64,000 nt of DNA from an uncultured Gemmatimonadales bacterium (lineage in GTDB: Bacteria > Gemmatimonadota > Gemmatimonadetes > Longimicrobiales > RSA9): positions 192,001 to 256,000 of the forward strand of contig CAWFKH010000001.1 in the NCBI GenBank assembly GCA_963816355.1, written 5' to 3'. The notes below the pieces were generated by a model. That model had not been told where the DNA came from, made no database searches, and worked only from the letters and a program-made list of their open reading frames with translations. The translations under genes and the position numbers were made by a program. Numbering within the stretch: position 1 is the stretch's first letter; each line of letters starts with the position of its first letter. Of this stretch, positions 30,752 to 40,955 are shown in pieces.

Positions 30752-32371
30752 ATGCGCCCGAAGTCCAGGCCGCGACGACGCACGCCGGTCCCCGCTGCGG
30801 CCCGCACGATCGCGACGCTCGCCGCGCTCCTCCTTCCGTGCGCCGGCGCGGCGCAGCAGGATGCGGATCGCCCGGCGACGCGACCGGAGCGTACGGAGTA
30901 TCGCGAGACGAGCCGATACGCGGACGTCGTGGACTTCGTCCGGTCGCTCGAGGGTGCGTACCTGCACGTCACCACGTACGGCTACAGCGTCGAGGGGAGG
31001 GCTCTTCCGCTCGTGGTGTGGGGCGACGTCGCCGACGCGACGCCGGAATCCGTGCTCGCCTCCGGCCGCACGCGCGTCCTGATCCAGGCCGGTATCCACG
31101 GCGGCGAGGTGGAGGGGAAAGAGGCGGCGCTGGTGCTGCTGCGGGAGCTCGCGGCGGGCCGACACCCGGCGTGGGCGGACTCGCTCGTGCTGCTGGTGGC
31201 GCCGCTGCTCGATCCGGACGGCAACGAGCGTATCAACCTGTACAACCGCCCGCGCCAGAACGGACCGGTCGGCGGCGTCGGCGAGCGCGTGAACGCCCAG
31301 GGCCTCGACCTCAACCGCGACCACACGAAGCTCGAGTCGCCCGAGATCCGGTCGCTGGTCCGGCTCTACCGCCGCTACGATCCGCACGTCGTCATCGACC
31401 TCCACACGACCGACGGGACCTTCCACGCCTACCGGCTCACGTACGCGCCACCGCTGAATCCGGACACCGACTCCGCCATCGTCGCCCTGCTACGCGAGCG
31501 CTGGCTGCCCGCCGTCCAGGCCGCGCTCCACGACAGGTACGGCTGGAACACGTTCTACTACGGCAATCTGCCGCCGCCCGATTCCCACCTCGACCGCGGC
31601 TGGTACACGTTCGACGCGCGGCCTCGATTCAACAACAACTACGTGGGTCTGCGCAACCGCTTCGCCATTCTCGGCGAAGCATACGCCTATGCCTCCTTCC
31701 AGGAGCGGATCCTCGTTTCGCTCCGCTTCGTCGAGGCGGCCGTGGACTTCGCCGCCGCCAACGCCGGCCGGATCCAGGACATCACGCGCGAAGCCGACGC
31801 CCGTTCCCTCTCCGACCGCAGCCTCGCGACGCGTTCGCAGCTCGCACGGTCCGGCGAAACCGACATCCTGCTCGGCGCCGTGGACACCGCGGCCAATCCG
31901 CTCACCGGCGAGCCGTTCCTGCAGCGCGTCGACACCGTCCGCTCCGTGCGCATGCCCGTCTACGACTCGTTCGCGCCCGCCGAGCTCTCGCCCGTGCCGC
32001 GCGCCTACCTCGTTCCTCCGGATCTGCCCGCGCTCGTCGACCGCCTCGACGCGCACGGCATCCGCTACAGCCGCCTCGCGAAGAACACCGCTCTCGCCGT
32101 CGACGAATTCGTCGTCGACTCCACGGCCGTCGCCGACGACGCCTTCCAGGGGCATCACGAGCGCCGCATCCTCGGACACTACCGCGCCGTCACGCGCACG
32201 ATCCGCGCGGGCACGCTCGTCGTATCCACCGATCAGCCGCTCGGCCGCCTCGCCTTCCTCCTCCTCGAGCCCCGCTCCGACGACGGCTTCCTCGACTGGA
32301 ACTTCTTCGACGGCAGGATCGAGCGGGGCGCCGTCTACCCGGTGCTGCGAACCGCGGGACCGGGGCGGTGA
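30752..32371 (+). CDS. M14 zinc carboxypeptidase family, secreted
   Basis: Signal peptide, IHGGE, DPDG, DLNRD and IDLH. Confidence 0.9.
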   Translation: MRPKSRPRRRTPVPAAARTIATLAALLLPCAGAAQQDADRPATRPERTEYRETSRYADVVDFVRSLEGAYLHVTTYGYSVEGRALPLVVWGDVADATPESVLASGRTRVLIQAGIHGGEVEGKEAALVLLRELAAGRHPAWADSLVLLVAPLLDPDGNERINLYNRPRQNGPVGGVGERVNAQGLDLNRDHTKLESPEIRSLVRLYRRYDPHVVIDLHTTDGTFHAYRLTYAPPLNPDTDSAIVALLRERWLPAVQAALHDRYGWNTFYYGNLPPPDSHLDRGWYTFDARPRFNNNYVGLRNRFAILGEAYAYASFQERILVSLRFVEAAVDFAAANAGRIQDITREADARSLSDRSLATRSQLARSGETDILLGAVDTAANPLTGEPFLQRVDTVRSVRMPVYDSFAPAELSPVPRAYLVPPDLPALVDRLDAHGIRYSRLAKNTALAVDEFVVDSTAVADDAFQGHHERRILGHYRAVTRTIRAGTLVVSTDQPLGRLAFLLLEPRSDDGFLDWNFFDGRIERGAVYPVLRTAGPGR

Positions 32372-32486
32372 ACCGTTCTCTCCGCCTGAGCCGGGCACCC
32401 GCCCGCCGCCGCGCCCGACTCCGTGCCCGCCCGCGGCGGCGCCCGCCCGGCTCGGGCGAACCCACCCTCATGATGGAGGCCGACCG

Positions 32487-33035
32487 GTGGACGACGACCG
32501 CACGCGGCTGATGACGCTATTGCGCCAGCGCTCGCTGCAAACGGGGGATTTCGTGCTGTCGAGCGGCAAGCGCTCCGACTACTACATCGACGCGCGCCGC
32601 ACCACCATGAGCGGAGAGGGGCTCCGCCTCATCGGCCGCCTCGGCCTCGCCGCACTGCGCGACGCCGGCTGGCGGCCCCATGCCGTCGGCGGTCTCACGC
32701 TGGGCGCCGATCCCGTCGCGTACGCGATCGCGTGTGCTGCCGAGGCGGAGGGAATCGACGCCTTCACGGTGCGCAAGCAGCCGAAGCAGCACGGCACCGG
32801 GCGCCTCATCGAGGGCCCCTTCCAGCCGGGCGCCAGCGTGGTCGTGGTCGAGGACTCGATGACTTCCGGCGAGAGCGCGCTGCGCGCCGTCGCCGCGGTA
32901 CGCGAAGCGGGCGGCCGCGTGCGGGGCGTGCTCTGCCTCGTCGATCGCGAGGAGGGCGGCCGCGAGCGTCTGGAGGCGGAAGGCATACCGCTCCTGCACC
33001 TCTTCACCGCTCGCGAGCTGCTCGGCCGCGCGTAG
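32487..33035 (+). CDS. pyrE: Orotate phosphoribosyltransferase
   Basis: GDFVLSSGKRSDYYID, RKQPKQHG, PRPP motif VVVEDSMTSG, VDREEG; GGAGG RBS. Confidence 0.93.
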   Translation: MDDDRTRLMTLLRQRSLQTGDFVLSSGKRSDYYIDARRTTMSGEGLRLIGRLGLAALRDAGWRPHAVGGLTLGADPVAYAIACAAEAEGIDAFTVRKQPKQHGTGRLIEGPFQPGASVVVVEDSMTSGESALRAVAAVREAGGRVRGVLCLVDREEGGRERLEAEGIPLLHLFTARELLGRA

Positions 33036-33042
33036 CTGCCGC

Positions 33043-33130
33043 TACGGACCTACCACTGCCGGACCTGCCATCGGTCCCACCACTGCCAGACCTGCCGTAG
33101 GTCCCGCCACTACGGACGCACCGTCGGTCC
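33043..33130. repeat. Degenerate C-rich tandem repeats (ccactgcc.gacctgcc..ggtcc)
   Basis: Seen between the convergent pyrE and flavin reductase genes. Confidence 0.6.
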
Positions 33131-33715
33131 CGGCCAGAGCCGCTGCTCGATCCGCCCGGCCAGCTCCGCCTGCCGTCGCTGCGCCTCCTCCAGCCGCTGC
33201 TCGTACGCGAGCCGAACGTCCGCCGGCGCGTTCGCGCGGAAGAAATCGCTCGTCATCACCTCGCCCTCCCCCCCGTCCCGCGCCGCCACGACGTCCGCCA
33301 GGAAGAAGGTGGCGGCGCCCGCGTCCATCGCGTTGACGACGCGGCAGTCGAACGCCGCGAACACGTCCTCGAGAAGCGGCGCGCCCGATTCGCCCTGCGT
33401 GGTGGCGAAGCGGGCGAGCTTGTCCACGTCCCGGCCGGAAGCCAGTCCGAGCGCCCGCACCACGTCCCACTGATCGCGCCGCAGGAGGTGGAGCGCGAAG
33501 ACGCCCGACCGGTAGACCATCTCATGCGACAGGTTCGATTTCGAAACGTAGAGCGACACCCGCGGCAGCGACGGAACCAGCGACGCGCGCTGTGCGCTGT
33601 TCGCGATCATGCCGTTGCTTCTGCCCTCCGCCGACGTCGTCAGTGCGACGATCGGCAGGGTCAGGTGCCGCAACAGCCCGTACAGCTCCGCGCCTCGCGG
33701 CTCCCGCTCCGCCAT
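33110..33715 (-). CDS. Flavin reductase family protein
   Basis: NGMIANS, S..P..V, FALHLL, SGRDVDK, GAPLL and DCRV. Confidence 0.88.
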   Translation of the reverse strand: MAEREPRGAELYGLLRHLTLPIVALTTSAEGRSNGMIANSAQRASLVPSLPRVSLYVSKSNLSHEMVYRSGVFALHLLRRDQWDVVRALGLASGRDVDKLARFATTQGESGAPLLEDVFAAFDCRVVNAMDAGAATFFLADVVAARDGGEGEVMTSDFFRANAPADVRLAYEQRLEEAQRRQAELAGRIEQRLWPGPTVRP

Positions 33716-33729
33716 CGCATCTCCCTCCG

Positions 33730-35059
33730 CTACAGTCCGCCCGTTCCGCCGTCGGTCGCGCCGGACCCGGCCCCCTCACGAACCGGGTAGAGGCGGCGCA
33801 GGGCCCCACCGACGGAGTCCACAGCAGCGCGCGCGAGACGCGTCGCCTGGGACGTCCCGCCGATCGCCCGCAATGCCGCCGCCCGGATCGCCGCCGCGCC
33901 ATCGCCCCGGCGAAAGCCGAGCGCCTCCGCCCAGCTCCTTGCCGCGTCCACCTGCGACGCGGTCTCCGCTGCTATCGCCTTCGCGTCCACCTCCACACCC
34001 ATTTCTCGCGCGCGGGCGGCCAGCAGCGCGTTGCTCGCCGCCGCGGCCACGACGTCGACGTACTGCGATCGCTCCGCCGACGCCAGTCTCGCAGCTGCGT
34101 CCGCGCTCAGGGTCAGCAGGTACTCGCGGAACTCGCCGACGCTATAGGTGCCGCCCGGCCAGTGGCCGAGCGGCGTGCCAGCGTCCGCGGAGTCCGGCGC
34201 CGCACGCAGCCGCTCGATCGCGGCGGTGTCCACCACGAGCGCGGCGACCTGCCGCGTCGCCCACTCCCGCGCCGCCTCGGGCCGTCCCGATCCGCTCGCC
34301 ACGCGGGTGAGGACGCGGGAACGCACGCTGTCGAACGGGATCACCTGCCGATCCTCGAGCTTCAGGACGTGGTAGCCGTACCGGGTCTGGACGACGTCGC
34401 TCACCTCACCCACCGAGAGCTTCGACGCCGCGTTCCAGAACGGCTCCACCCAGCTCCCTCGCACGCCCGGATCGAGAAGCCCACCGCTCCGCTCCGCGCC
34501 CGGCTCCTCCGACACCTGGGCGGCCACCTTGGCGAAAGACTCGCCGCCGCGGATGCGCCGGAGCGCCGCCGTGGCGCGCTCACGCGCCTCCCGTTTCTTC
34601 TCCTCCAATGCGTAAGGCGGCGCCAGCACGACGAGGTGCCGGATGGTGAGCCGATACTCCGGGTCCCTGCGGTAGATGCGACGCAGATCGGCTTCGCTCA
34701 GGCCCGCCTCATGGACCTCGACGGTGGCCGCGAGCTGCTGCAGCAGGAGGCGCTGCTCGCGCGCGTGCAGGAAGGGCGCGAGCGCCGCCGCCAGGCTGTC
34801 GTGCGCCACCGCGAGGCCGAACGCGGTCAGCGTGGCCAGATGCTTCAGCTCACCCGCGCCCAGGGCGCCGACTTCGCCGGCGCCGTACGCGATGCCATCG
34901 ACCTCCAGGACGGGCGTGGCGTCGCAGACCGCCGCAGCCACCGAGCAACACCGCCACGATCGGCGCCACGAGCGCCACGGCGGCGAGCCACGCGCCTCGC
35001 GACGCCTTCGTGACGCCGTGGACCCTGCGTAGCGCACGGCGCACGCGACGTCGACGCAC
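33730..35059 (-). pseudogene. Parvulin/PpiC-type peptidyl-prolyl isomerase lipoprotein, apparent frameshift near 34925
   Basis: RHLVV, FAKVAAQVSE, GGLL, F...A..L.VGEVSDVVQTRYGYHVLK; the lipobox LLGGC lies in another frame starting at the TAGTG overlap with dnaN. Confidence 0.7.
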
Positions 35060-36174
35060 TATTCCAGCAGGCGGAGCGGCATCACCAGACAGAGGTAGTC
35101 CGGCGCCTCCTCGTTCCCGGCCGGCACCGGCTCCAGCGTCGCGGCGCGCTCCGGCGCCTTGAACGCCAGCTTGACGTCGTCGGTCGTGATGTACTTCAGG
35201 ACCTCCAGCAGGTAGCTCGCGTTGAAGCCGATCTCCAGCGGCTCGCCCGCGTAGCTGAGCTCCAGCTCCTCGTGCGCCTCGCCGAGATCCGGGGTCTCGA
35301 CCGAGAAGCGTACGACGTTGCCCGCGAAGGCGAGCCGCACGCGGTGCGTCTGCTCGCTCGCGACGACGGCCATGCGCCGTAGCGCCTGCGTCAGCGCGGC
35401 CTTCGAGACGATCGCGATGCGGTCGTTGTCGCGCGGAATCACCTGCTCGTAGGGCGGATAGGGCCCCTCCACGAGGCGGGTGAAGACCTGCGTCCCGTCG
35501 TGCCGGAAACCGAGATGGTTCTCGCTTCGCGCCACCTCGATGTCCGCGTCGCCGCCGAACAGCCGCTCGATCTGGCCGAGCGCCTTCGGCGGTACGATCA
35601 GATCCGCGCGCGGCAGACCGGTCGCCTCGGTGGGAACCTTCATCAGCGCCAGCCGATGTCCGTTCGTCGCCGCCATCCGCATCTCACGGTCGCCCAACTG
35701 CCACAGCACGCCGTTCAGGATCGGCCGGCTCTCCTCTGTCGACACCGCGAAGGACGTCTGCCGGATCAACGTCTGCAGCACATCCCCGCGAATGCGCCAA
35801 CTCTCCTCGAAGTTGACCACGGGAAACGTCGGGAACTCGTCGCGCGGCATCCCGTTCAGCCGGAACCGCGCGCGTCCGCACTCCAGCTCGAGCCGGTCAC
35901 CCTTGCCGGTCACGCGCGCCGGCTGCTCGGGCAGCTCCCGCGCCAGCTCCTGCAGCTTCTTCGCGGGCACCGTGAGCGAACCCGCCGTCTCGACTTCCGC
36001 CGGCACCCTCAGACTCACCGCCATGTCGAGGTCCGTTCCGCTCATGCGGACTCCATCAGCCTCCGCCTCGACCAGGATGTTCGAGAGCACGGGGAGCGTC
36101 GTTCGCGCGGGGATCGTCGCCGCGACGGCCGCAAGCCCCTGCTGCAGGTTCTCCCGCGTGATCGTGAATTTCAT
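35059..36174 (-). CDS. dnaN: DNA polymerase III beta sliding clamp
   Basis: LPVLSNIL, GTDLD, RPILNG, ATNGHRL, GFNASYL and VMPLRL. Confidence 0.98.
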   Translation of the reverse strand: MKFTITRENLQQGLAAVAATIPARTTLPVLSNILVEAEADGVRMSGTDLDMAVSLRVPAEVETAGSLTVPAKKLQELARELPEQPARVTGKGDRLELECGRARFRLNGMPRDEFPTFPVVNFEESWRIRGDVLQTLIRQTSFAVSTEESRPILNGVLWQLGDREMRMAATNGHRLALMKVPTEATGLPRADLIVPPKALGQIERLFGGDADIEVARSENHLGFRHDGTQVFTRLVEGPYPPYEQVIPRDNDRIAIVSKAALTQALRRMAVVASEQTHRVRLAFAGNVVRFSVETPDLGEAHEELELSYAGEPLEIGFNASYLLEVLKYITTDDVKLAFKAPERAATLEPVPAGNEEAPDYLCLVMPLRLLE

Positions 36175-36508
36175 CGGTTCCTCGCGTTGCGACGGTTCGC
36201 TTTCGTCGGTTTCCCACGCCGTACTGCAGTTACTTCGACCCTATATCTTCAGACTCGTAGTAGTAGTAGGGGCTGTGGAGCCGTGGAAAGCGGCGCTCGA
36301 CGTCCCGCTTCACAGCCCGGCGCCTCGCGTTGCCGTTCCCGCCCCCGTGTGGAAAGCGGGCGGGAAAGCTCGTCGCACATCGCCGCTCACCCACATTCCG
36401 CCAGCCGCCGTGGAAAGCGGATCCGAACCGCACACCCTTTCCACACCCGTTCTCCCCACCAGCTCCGGCCCGCCATGACGGGACGCGATCCCACTCCGCA
36501 CCGCGACA
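36175..36508. other. oriC: Chromosomal replication origin (oriC unwinding region)
   Basis: TAG x4 DnaA-trios at 36258-36269, then GGGC and DnaA-box-like 9-mers at 36274, 36282, 36348, 36409 and 36437. Confidence 0.8.
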
Positions 36509-37876
36509 TCACGGCGCGATCTCGCTGCGCACCGCCTCGACCTTCCGCCGGAAGGCGTCGTCCTCCTGCAACTCCTGCTCTACCTTCTGCACCGAATGGA
36601 TCACCGTCGAGTGATCGCGGCCGCCGAAGAGGCGGCCGATGTCGACCAGCGGCAGCTCCAGCAGCTCGCGGATCAGGTACATCGCGACCTGGCGCGGCAC
36701 CGTCAGCTCCTTCGTCCGCCGTTTCGACACGAGACCTTCCACCGAGACGCCGAAGTGCCGCGCGACCGTTTCGCGGATCCCCTCCGGCGTCAATGCTTCC
36801 GTGCCCGCCCCGCTGAGCACGCCGCCGAGCGCCTCCTGCGCCAGCTCGACCGTGATCTCACGCCGCGTCAGCGACGAATACGCGAGGAGCTTGATGATCG
36901 CGCCCTCGAGCTCGCGCACGCTCGAGCGACAGTTGCGCGCGATGAACTCCAGCACCTCGTCGGGAAGCACGAGGCGATCCTCTTCCGCCTTCTTGCGCAG
37001 GATCGCGACGCGCGTCTCCAGGTCCGGAGCCTTGATGTCCGTCACCAGGCCCCACTCGAAGCGCGACACGAGCCGGTCCTCGAGGCCCGGAATCTCCTTC
37101 GGAGGCCGGTCGCTCGTCACCACGATCTGGCGCTGCGCCTCGTAGAGCGCGTTGAACGTATGGAAGAACTCCTCCTGCGTGCGCTCCTTCTCGCCCAGGA
37201 AATGGACGTCGTCGATCAACAGCACGTCGATCTCGCGGTAGCGCCGGCGGAACTCCGCCATCTGCCCCGACTGGATCGACGCGATCAGGTCGTTCGTGAA
37301 ACGTTCGCTCGAGACGTAGGCGATGCGGCGGTCCGGCTGCCGCTGCAGTACCGCGTTGCCGATCGCGTGCATGAGGTGGGTCTTGCCCAGACCCACTCCG
37401 CCGTAGATGAAGAGCGGGTTGTACATGCGCGCCGGCGCCTCCGCCACCGCCCGGCACGCCGCCGCCGAAAGCTGATTGTTGCTCCCCACCACGAAGCGAC
37501 CGAAAACGTAGCGCTCGTTGAGGGGCGCCCCCATGGTCACCGGGGTCACCGCACCATCGACGGCGCCGCCCGCTTCAACCGGCCGCGGCGCCGCCGCCGG
37601 CGCGGGACGCAGCGTCGCTTCGTCCGCCTCGTGGTGCTGAAAGGAGATCGTGATGCGACGGCCGAACAGCTCCTCCGCGACGTCCGCCAGCAGCTCCCCG
37701 TACTTGTCTTCGATCCACTCCGCCGCGAACTCGCTGCCCGCCCCCACCACCAGCAGATCCCGGGAAAGAGCGACCGGCTCGGTGTGCTCGAACCAGGTGC
37801 GGTAGCTCTGGTCGGGCAACAGCGAACGTGATCGCTCGAGGATCCGGCTCCAGGCCTCGGAGGCTGTCAGCTCCAT
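36509..37876 (-). CDS. dnaA: Chromosomal replication initiator
   Basis: YNPLFIYGGVGLGKTHL, LLIDDV, QEEFFHTFN, RLVSRFEWGL and GGRDHSTV. Confidence 0.99.
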   Translation of the reverse strand: MELTASEAWSRILERSRSLLPDQSYRTWFEHTEPVALSRDLLVVGAGSEFAAEWIEDKYGELLADVAEELFGRRITISFQHHEADEATLRPAPAAAPRPVEAGGAVDGAVTPVTMGAPLNERYVFGRFVVGSNNQLSAAACRAVAEAPARMYNPLFIYGGVGLGKTHLMHAIGNAVLQRQPDRRIAYVSSERFTNDLIASIQSGQMAEFRRRYREIDVLLIDDVHFLGEKERTQEEFFHTFNALYEAQRQIVVTSDRPPKEIPGLEDRLVSRFEWGLVTDIKAPDLETRVAILRKKAEEDRLVLPDEVLEFIARNCRSSVRELEGAIIKLLAYSSLTRREITVELAQEALGGVLSGAGTEALTPEGIRETVARHFGVSVEGLVSKRRTKELTVPRQVAMYLIRELLELPLVDIGRLFGGRDHSTVIHSVQKVEQELQEDDAFRRKVEAVRSEIAP

Positions 37877-37910
37877 ACGTCACGGGGGGGAGGGGCTCGT
37901 CAGGCGGACA

Positions 37911-37939
37911 AGCATAGAACCGGGGTGTGGACAAGTCAA
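37911..37939 (-). promoter_or_regulatory. dnaA promoter with embedded DnaA box
   Basis: TTGACT-N17-TATGCT on the minus strand; TTGTCCACA box at 37926-37934. Confidence 0.7.
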
Positions 37940-37968
37940 CGGCGCCCTGCCGAAAGGCGCGCCATGCC

Positions 37969-37998
37969 TTGACGAACGCGGCCCACGACGGCTATCTT
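37969..37998 (+). promoter_or_regulatory. Putative rpmH promoter
   Basis: TTGACG-N18-TATCTT. Confidence 0.5.
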
Positions 37999-38041
37999 CA
38001 CAAGCTTTTCGTCCTACGATATCCAAGGCAGGAGCACGCCC

Positions 38042-38194
38042 ATGGGGAAGCCGACCTACAATCCGAGCCGGCGCCGCCGCAAGAGCCGCCACGGCTTTCG
38101 CGCGCGCATGGAGACGCGCGCGGGTCGCAAGATCCTCAGCCGCCGCCGCAAGAAGGGCCGCAAGCGGCTCACGGTGAGCGTCGGCACCAAGTAG
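38042..38194 (+). CDS. rpmH: 50S ribosomal protein L34
   Basis: [53 protein letters not shown]; absent from the ORF track. Confidence 0.97.
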   Translation: MGKPTYNPSRRRRKSRHGFRARMETRAGRKILSRRRKKGRKRLTVSVGTK

Positions 38195-38247
38195 GCCCGC
38201 GGCTGTCCACTTCCGCCCACGGCCGCCCCGACCATGCGCGGCTGCGG

Positions 38248-38607
38248 TTGTCCCGGGGCCGGCGCGTCCGGCGAGGCGGCGAGATTCGCGCGCTTCTGCG
38301 GCGGGGGAAGAGGAGCCGGATGTCCCGACTGGACATCTTCGACTCCACTTCCCCCGCTTCCCGTTCCCGGATTGGCTGGATCGTGCCGCGCTACGGCCAC
38401 CCGGCCGTCGAGCGCAACCGGCTCAAGAGACGGCTCCGCGAGGTGTCGCGCGCCGAGGTGCTTCCGCGCCTCGATGCCGCCGGCCTCCGCCTCGACGTGC
38501 TGGTCCGCGCGCGCCGCGACGCTTACGATGCCGGCTTCACGGAGTTGAGGGACCTGCTGGCGAAGTGGACGGAACGGCGATGCTCAGCGCGATCCTCCTC
38601 GGAATGA
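38248..38607 (+). CDS. rnpA: Ribonuclease P protein component
   Basis: RIGWIV...[13 protein letters not shown]; synteny; start uncertain. Confidence 0.9.
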   Translation: MSRGRRVRRGGEIRALLRRGKRSRMSRLDIFDSTSPASRSRIGWIVPRYGHPAVERNRLKRRLREVSRAEVLPRLDAAGLRLDVLVRARRDAYDAGFTELRDLLAKWTERRCSARSSSE

Positions 38608-38792
38608 TCCGCTTCTACCGGCGCGGCATATCACCCCTGCTGCCGCCCTCGTGCCGGTACACGCCGACGTGCTCCGCCTATGCGGAGGAGGCGATCCGGA
38701 AGTATGGCGCCCGGCGCGGCGGCTGGCTGGCGGCGCGTCGCCTGCTCCGCTGCCATCCGTGGGGCGGCCAGGGACACGATCCGGTCCCGTGA
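38580..38792 (+). CDS. yidD: Membrane protein insertion efficiency factor
   Basis: [19 protein letters not shown]...[14 protein letters not shown]. Confidence 0.95.
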   Translation: MLSAILLGMIRFYRRGISPLLPPSCRYTPTCSAYAEEAIRKYGARRGGWLAARRLLRCHPWGGQGHDPVP

Positions 38793-38881
38793 CGCGTAGA
38801 GTGCTCGGAAAGACGAGAACGGAGCCGGTGCGGCCGCGACGACGCGACCCGGCTCTCCGGCTCGAGCCATAGAAAGGGTCG

Positions 38882-40639
38882 ATGGACAACGCCCGACTCC
38901 TGCTGGCGATCGCCCTCGCCATCGTCGTCATCATCGCCACGAACCTCCTTTTCCCGGCGCCGCAGCGGCCTGCCGTGGAAGGAGGGGCGGATTCGACCGC
39001 CGTGGCGCCGAGCCCGGCCCCGGCGGGCACGCTCTCCACCGCCCCCGGCGGCACGCCCGGGACCGGCGCTTCGCCCGGGACCGCCGCGCCTCCCGGATCC
39101 ACGGCCGCCGCCACCGCCGCCCCGTCCGCCCCCCCGGCAGCCGGCGCGTCGACCGGAGCTGCCCAGGCGCCCTCGTTCCGGCCGGACACCCTCGTCGTCT
39201 CTTCGCCCCTCTACCGCTACGCCTTCTCCACCGCCGGCGGCGCGCTCGTCTCCGCCCGCCTGCTGCAGTTCGAGTCGTTCACGCGCGCGGGGCCGGTCGA
39301 GCTCGCCCCGCCCGGCCACGCGCTCGTCAGCTACGCGCTGCAGATCGGCGAGTCCGTCGTCGACCTGCGCTCGCTGCCGTTTCAGCCCCAGGGCGACGCC
39401 CGCCTCGACCTCGCCGGCGGCTCGGCGCCCCGTCACCTCCGCCTCGTCCACGCGGATCCGTCCGGCGTCTCCATCACGCTCGACTACACGTTCCGCCCGG
39501 ACCGCTACCTCGTCGACGTGCAGGGCGCGGTCGACGGCCTCGGCGGCGGCGTCGCGCCCACGCTCCTGATCCACCTCGGACCCGCGATCGCCGTCAACGA
39601 GGCGGACACCGCCGAGGACCTGCGCTCGCTCGCCTACGTCGTCAACGGCCGCCGCGACGGGATCACCAGCGTTCCGCTCCGCCGCCTCGATGCGCAGCGC
39701 GTCGAGGAAGGCCCGCTCTACTGGTCGGCTCTCAGGGACAAGTACTTCCTCGCCGCGGCCCTCGCCCCCTGCGCCGCCGCTTCGGCCGACTCCGGCTGCT
39801 TCGGCGGCGCCATCGCGCGGCCCCTCCCCGCCGCCGGCGATGGCGGAGTGGACCTCGCCGCCACGCTGCCCCTGGAGGATGGACGCTTCTCCTACAGCCT
39901 CTACCTCGGCCCCCAGGACTACGACCGTCTCGCCGCTCTCGGCAGCGATCTCCAGGACGTCAACCCGTGGGGCTGGCAGGTCTTCCGGCCCATTCTCCGG
40001 CCGCTCTCGCACCTCATCGTGTGGGCCGTATCCACCCTGCACAACGTGCTCCGACTGGGTTACGGCTGGGTGCTCATCCTCTTCGGATTCCTGCTCCAGG
40101 TCATCCTGTGGCCGCTCTACGCCCGCGCCACCCGCTCCCAGCTCAAGAACATGGAGCTGCAGCCCGTCATCCAGGAGATCCAGCAGAAGTACAAGAACGA
40201 CCAGGAGAAGCTGCAGAAGGAGATGATGCGCCTCTACAAGGAGGAGGGCTTCAACCCGCTCGGCGGCTGCCTCCCCATGCTCATCCCCTACCCCGTCCTC
40301 ATCACGCTCTTCTTCGTCTTCCGCAACACGATCGAGTTCCGCGGCGCCGAGTTCCTCTGGCTCCCCGACCTCTCGCGACCCGACCCGCTCTACATCCTGC
40401 CCATCCTCCTCGCCGTCAGCATGTTCATCCTGCAGTGGCTCAGCGTGCGCAGCGCGCCCAGCGCCAACCAGCAGATGAAGATCATGATGTGGGTCATGCC
40501 CGCCTTCATCGCCTTCTTCTTCTTCAAGCTGCCCGCCGGGCTCAACCTCTACTACGCCGCCTCCAACCTCGCGAGCGTGCCCCGCCAGGTGCAGATCATG
40601 AACGAGCGCAAGCGCGTCCAGACGAAGATGAAACGCTGA
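38882..40639 (+). CDS. yidC: Membrane protein insertase
   Basis: LYLGP, YGW.LI, LQP.I..IQ.KY, NPLGGCLP, FLWLPDLS.PDP and PAGLNLY. Confidence 0.97.
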   Translation: MDNARLLLAIALAIVVIIATNLLFPAPQRPAVEGGADSTAVAPSPAPAGTLSTAPGGTPGTGASPGTAAPPGSTAAATAAPSAPPAAGASTGAAQAPSFRPDTLVVSSPLYRYAFSTAGGALVSARLLQFESFTRAGPVELAPPGHALVSYALQIGESVVDLRSLPFQPQGDARLDLAGGSAPRHLRLVHADPSGVSITLDYTFRPDRYLVDVQGAVDGLGGGVAPTLLIHLGPAIAVNEADTAEDLRSLAYVVNGRRDGITSVPLRRLDAQRVEEGPLYWSALRDKYFLAAALAPCAAASADSGCFGGAIARPLPAAGDGGVDLAATLPLEDGRFSYSLYLGPQDYDRLAALGSDLQDVNPWGWQVFRPILRPLSHLIVWAVSTLHNVLRLGYGWVLILFGFLLQVILWPLYARATRSQLKNMELQPVIQEIQQKYKNDQEKLQKEMMRLYKEEGFNPLGGCLPMLIPYPVLITLFFVFRNTIEFRGAEFLWLPDLSRPDPLYILPILLAVSMFILQWLSVRSAPSANQQMKIMMWVMPAFIAFFFFKLPAGLNLYYAASNLASVPRQVQIMNERKRVQTKMKR

Positions 40640-40654
40640 CCCTCGCCGGGCCGC

Positions 40655-40770
40655 GCCGCCGCGCTACCCCGCCACCACCGCGCCCCGGACCGCTGCCCCG
40701 CGCCCCTGCGCACCGGACCGCTACCCCGCGCCCCGGACCGCTACCCCGCTGCCCCGCGCCCCGGACCGCC
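40655..40770. repeat. Degenerate C-rich tandem repeats (ccgctaccccgcgccccgga)
   Basis: Seen between the convergent yidC and acyP genes. Confidence 0.65.
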
Positions 40771-40955
40771 CACCGTCGACGCGACGCGGCCGCGCCTCAC
40801 ACCGCGCGGCCCCCCCCTCGCGCCTCACGCTTCGCGGCCGCGCCGGTGTCTCGGGATGGCACGTCGATGTCCCGGATGGCCCGACGCGGTCGACTTGCGG
40901 TCGCCGTCGCTCCGCGACGGCTCGCGCGAACCGCCGCTCTCCAGCCGCTCACCGC

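Noticed and set aside
37927..38247. Long N-terminal extension of RnpA in the ORF track
   Set aside because: It overlaps rpmH in another frame, so the true rnpA start is downstream
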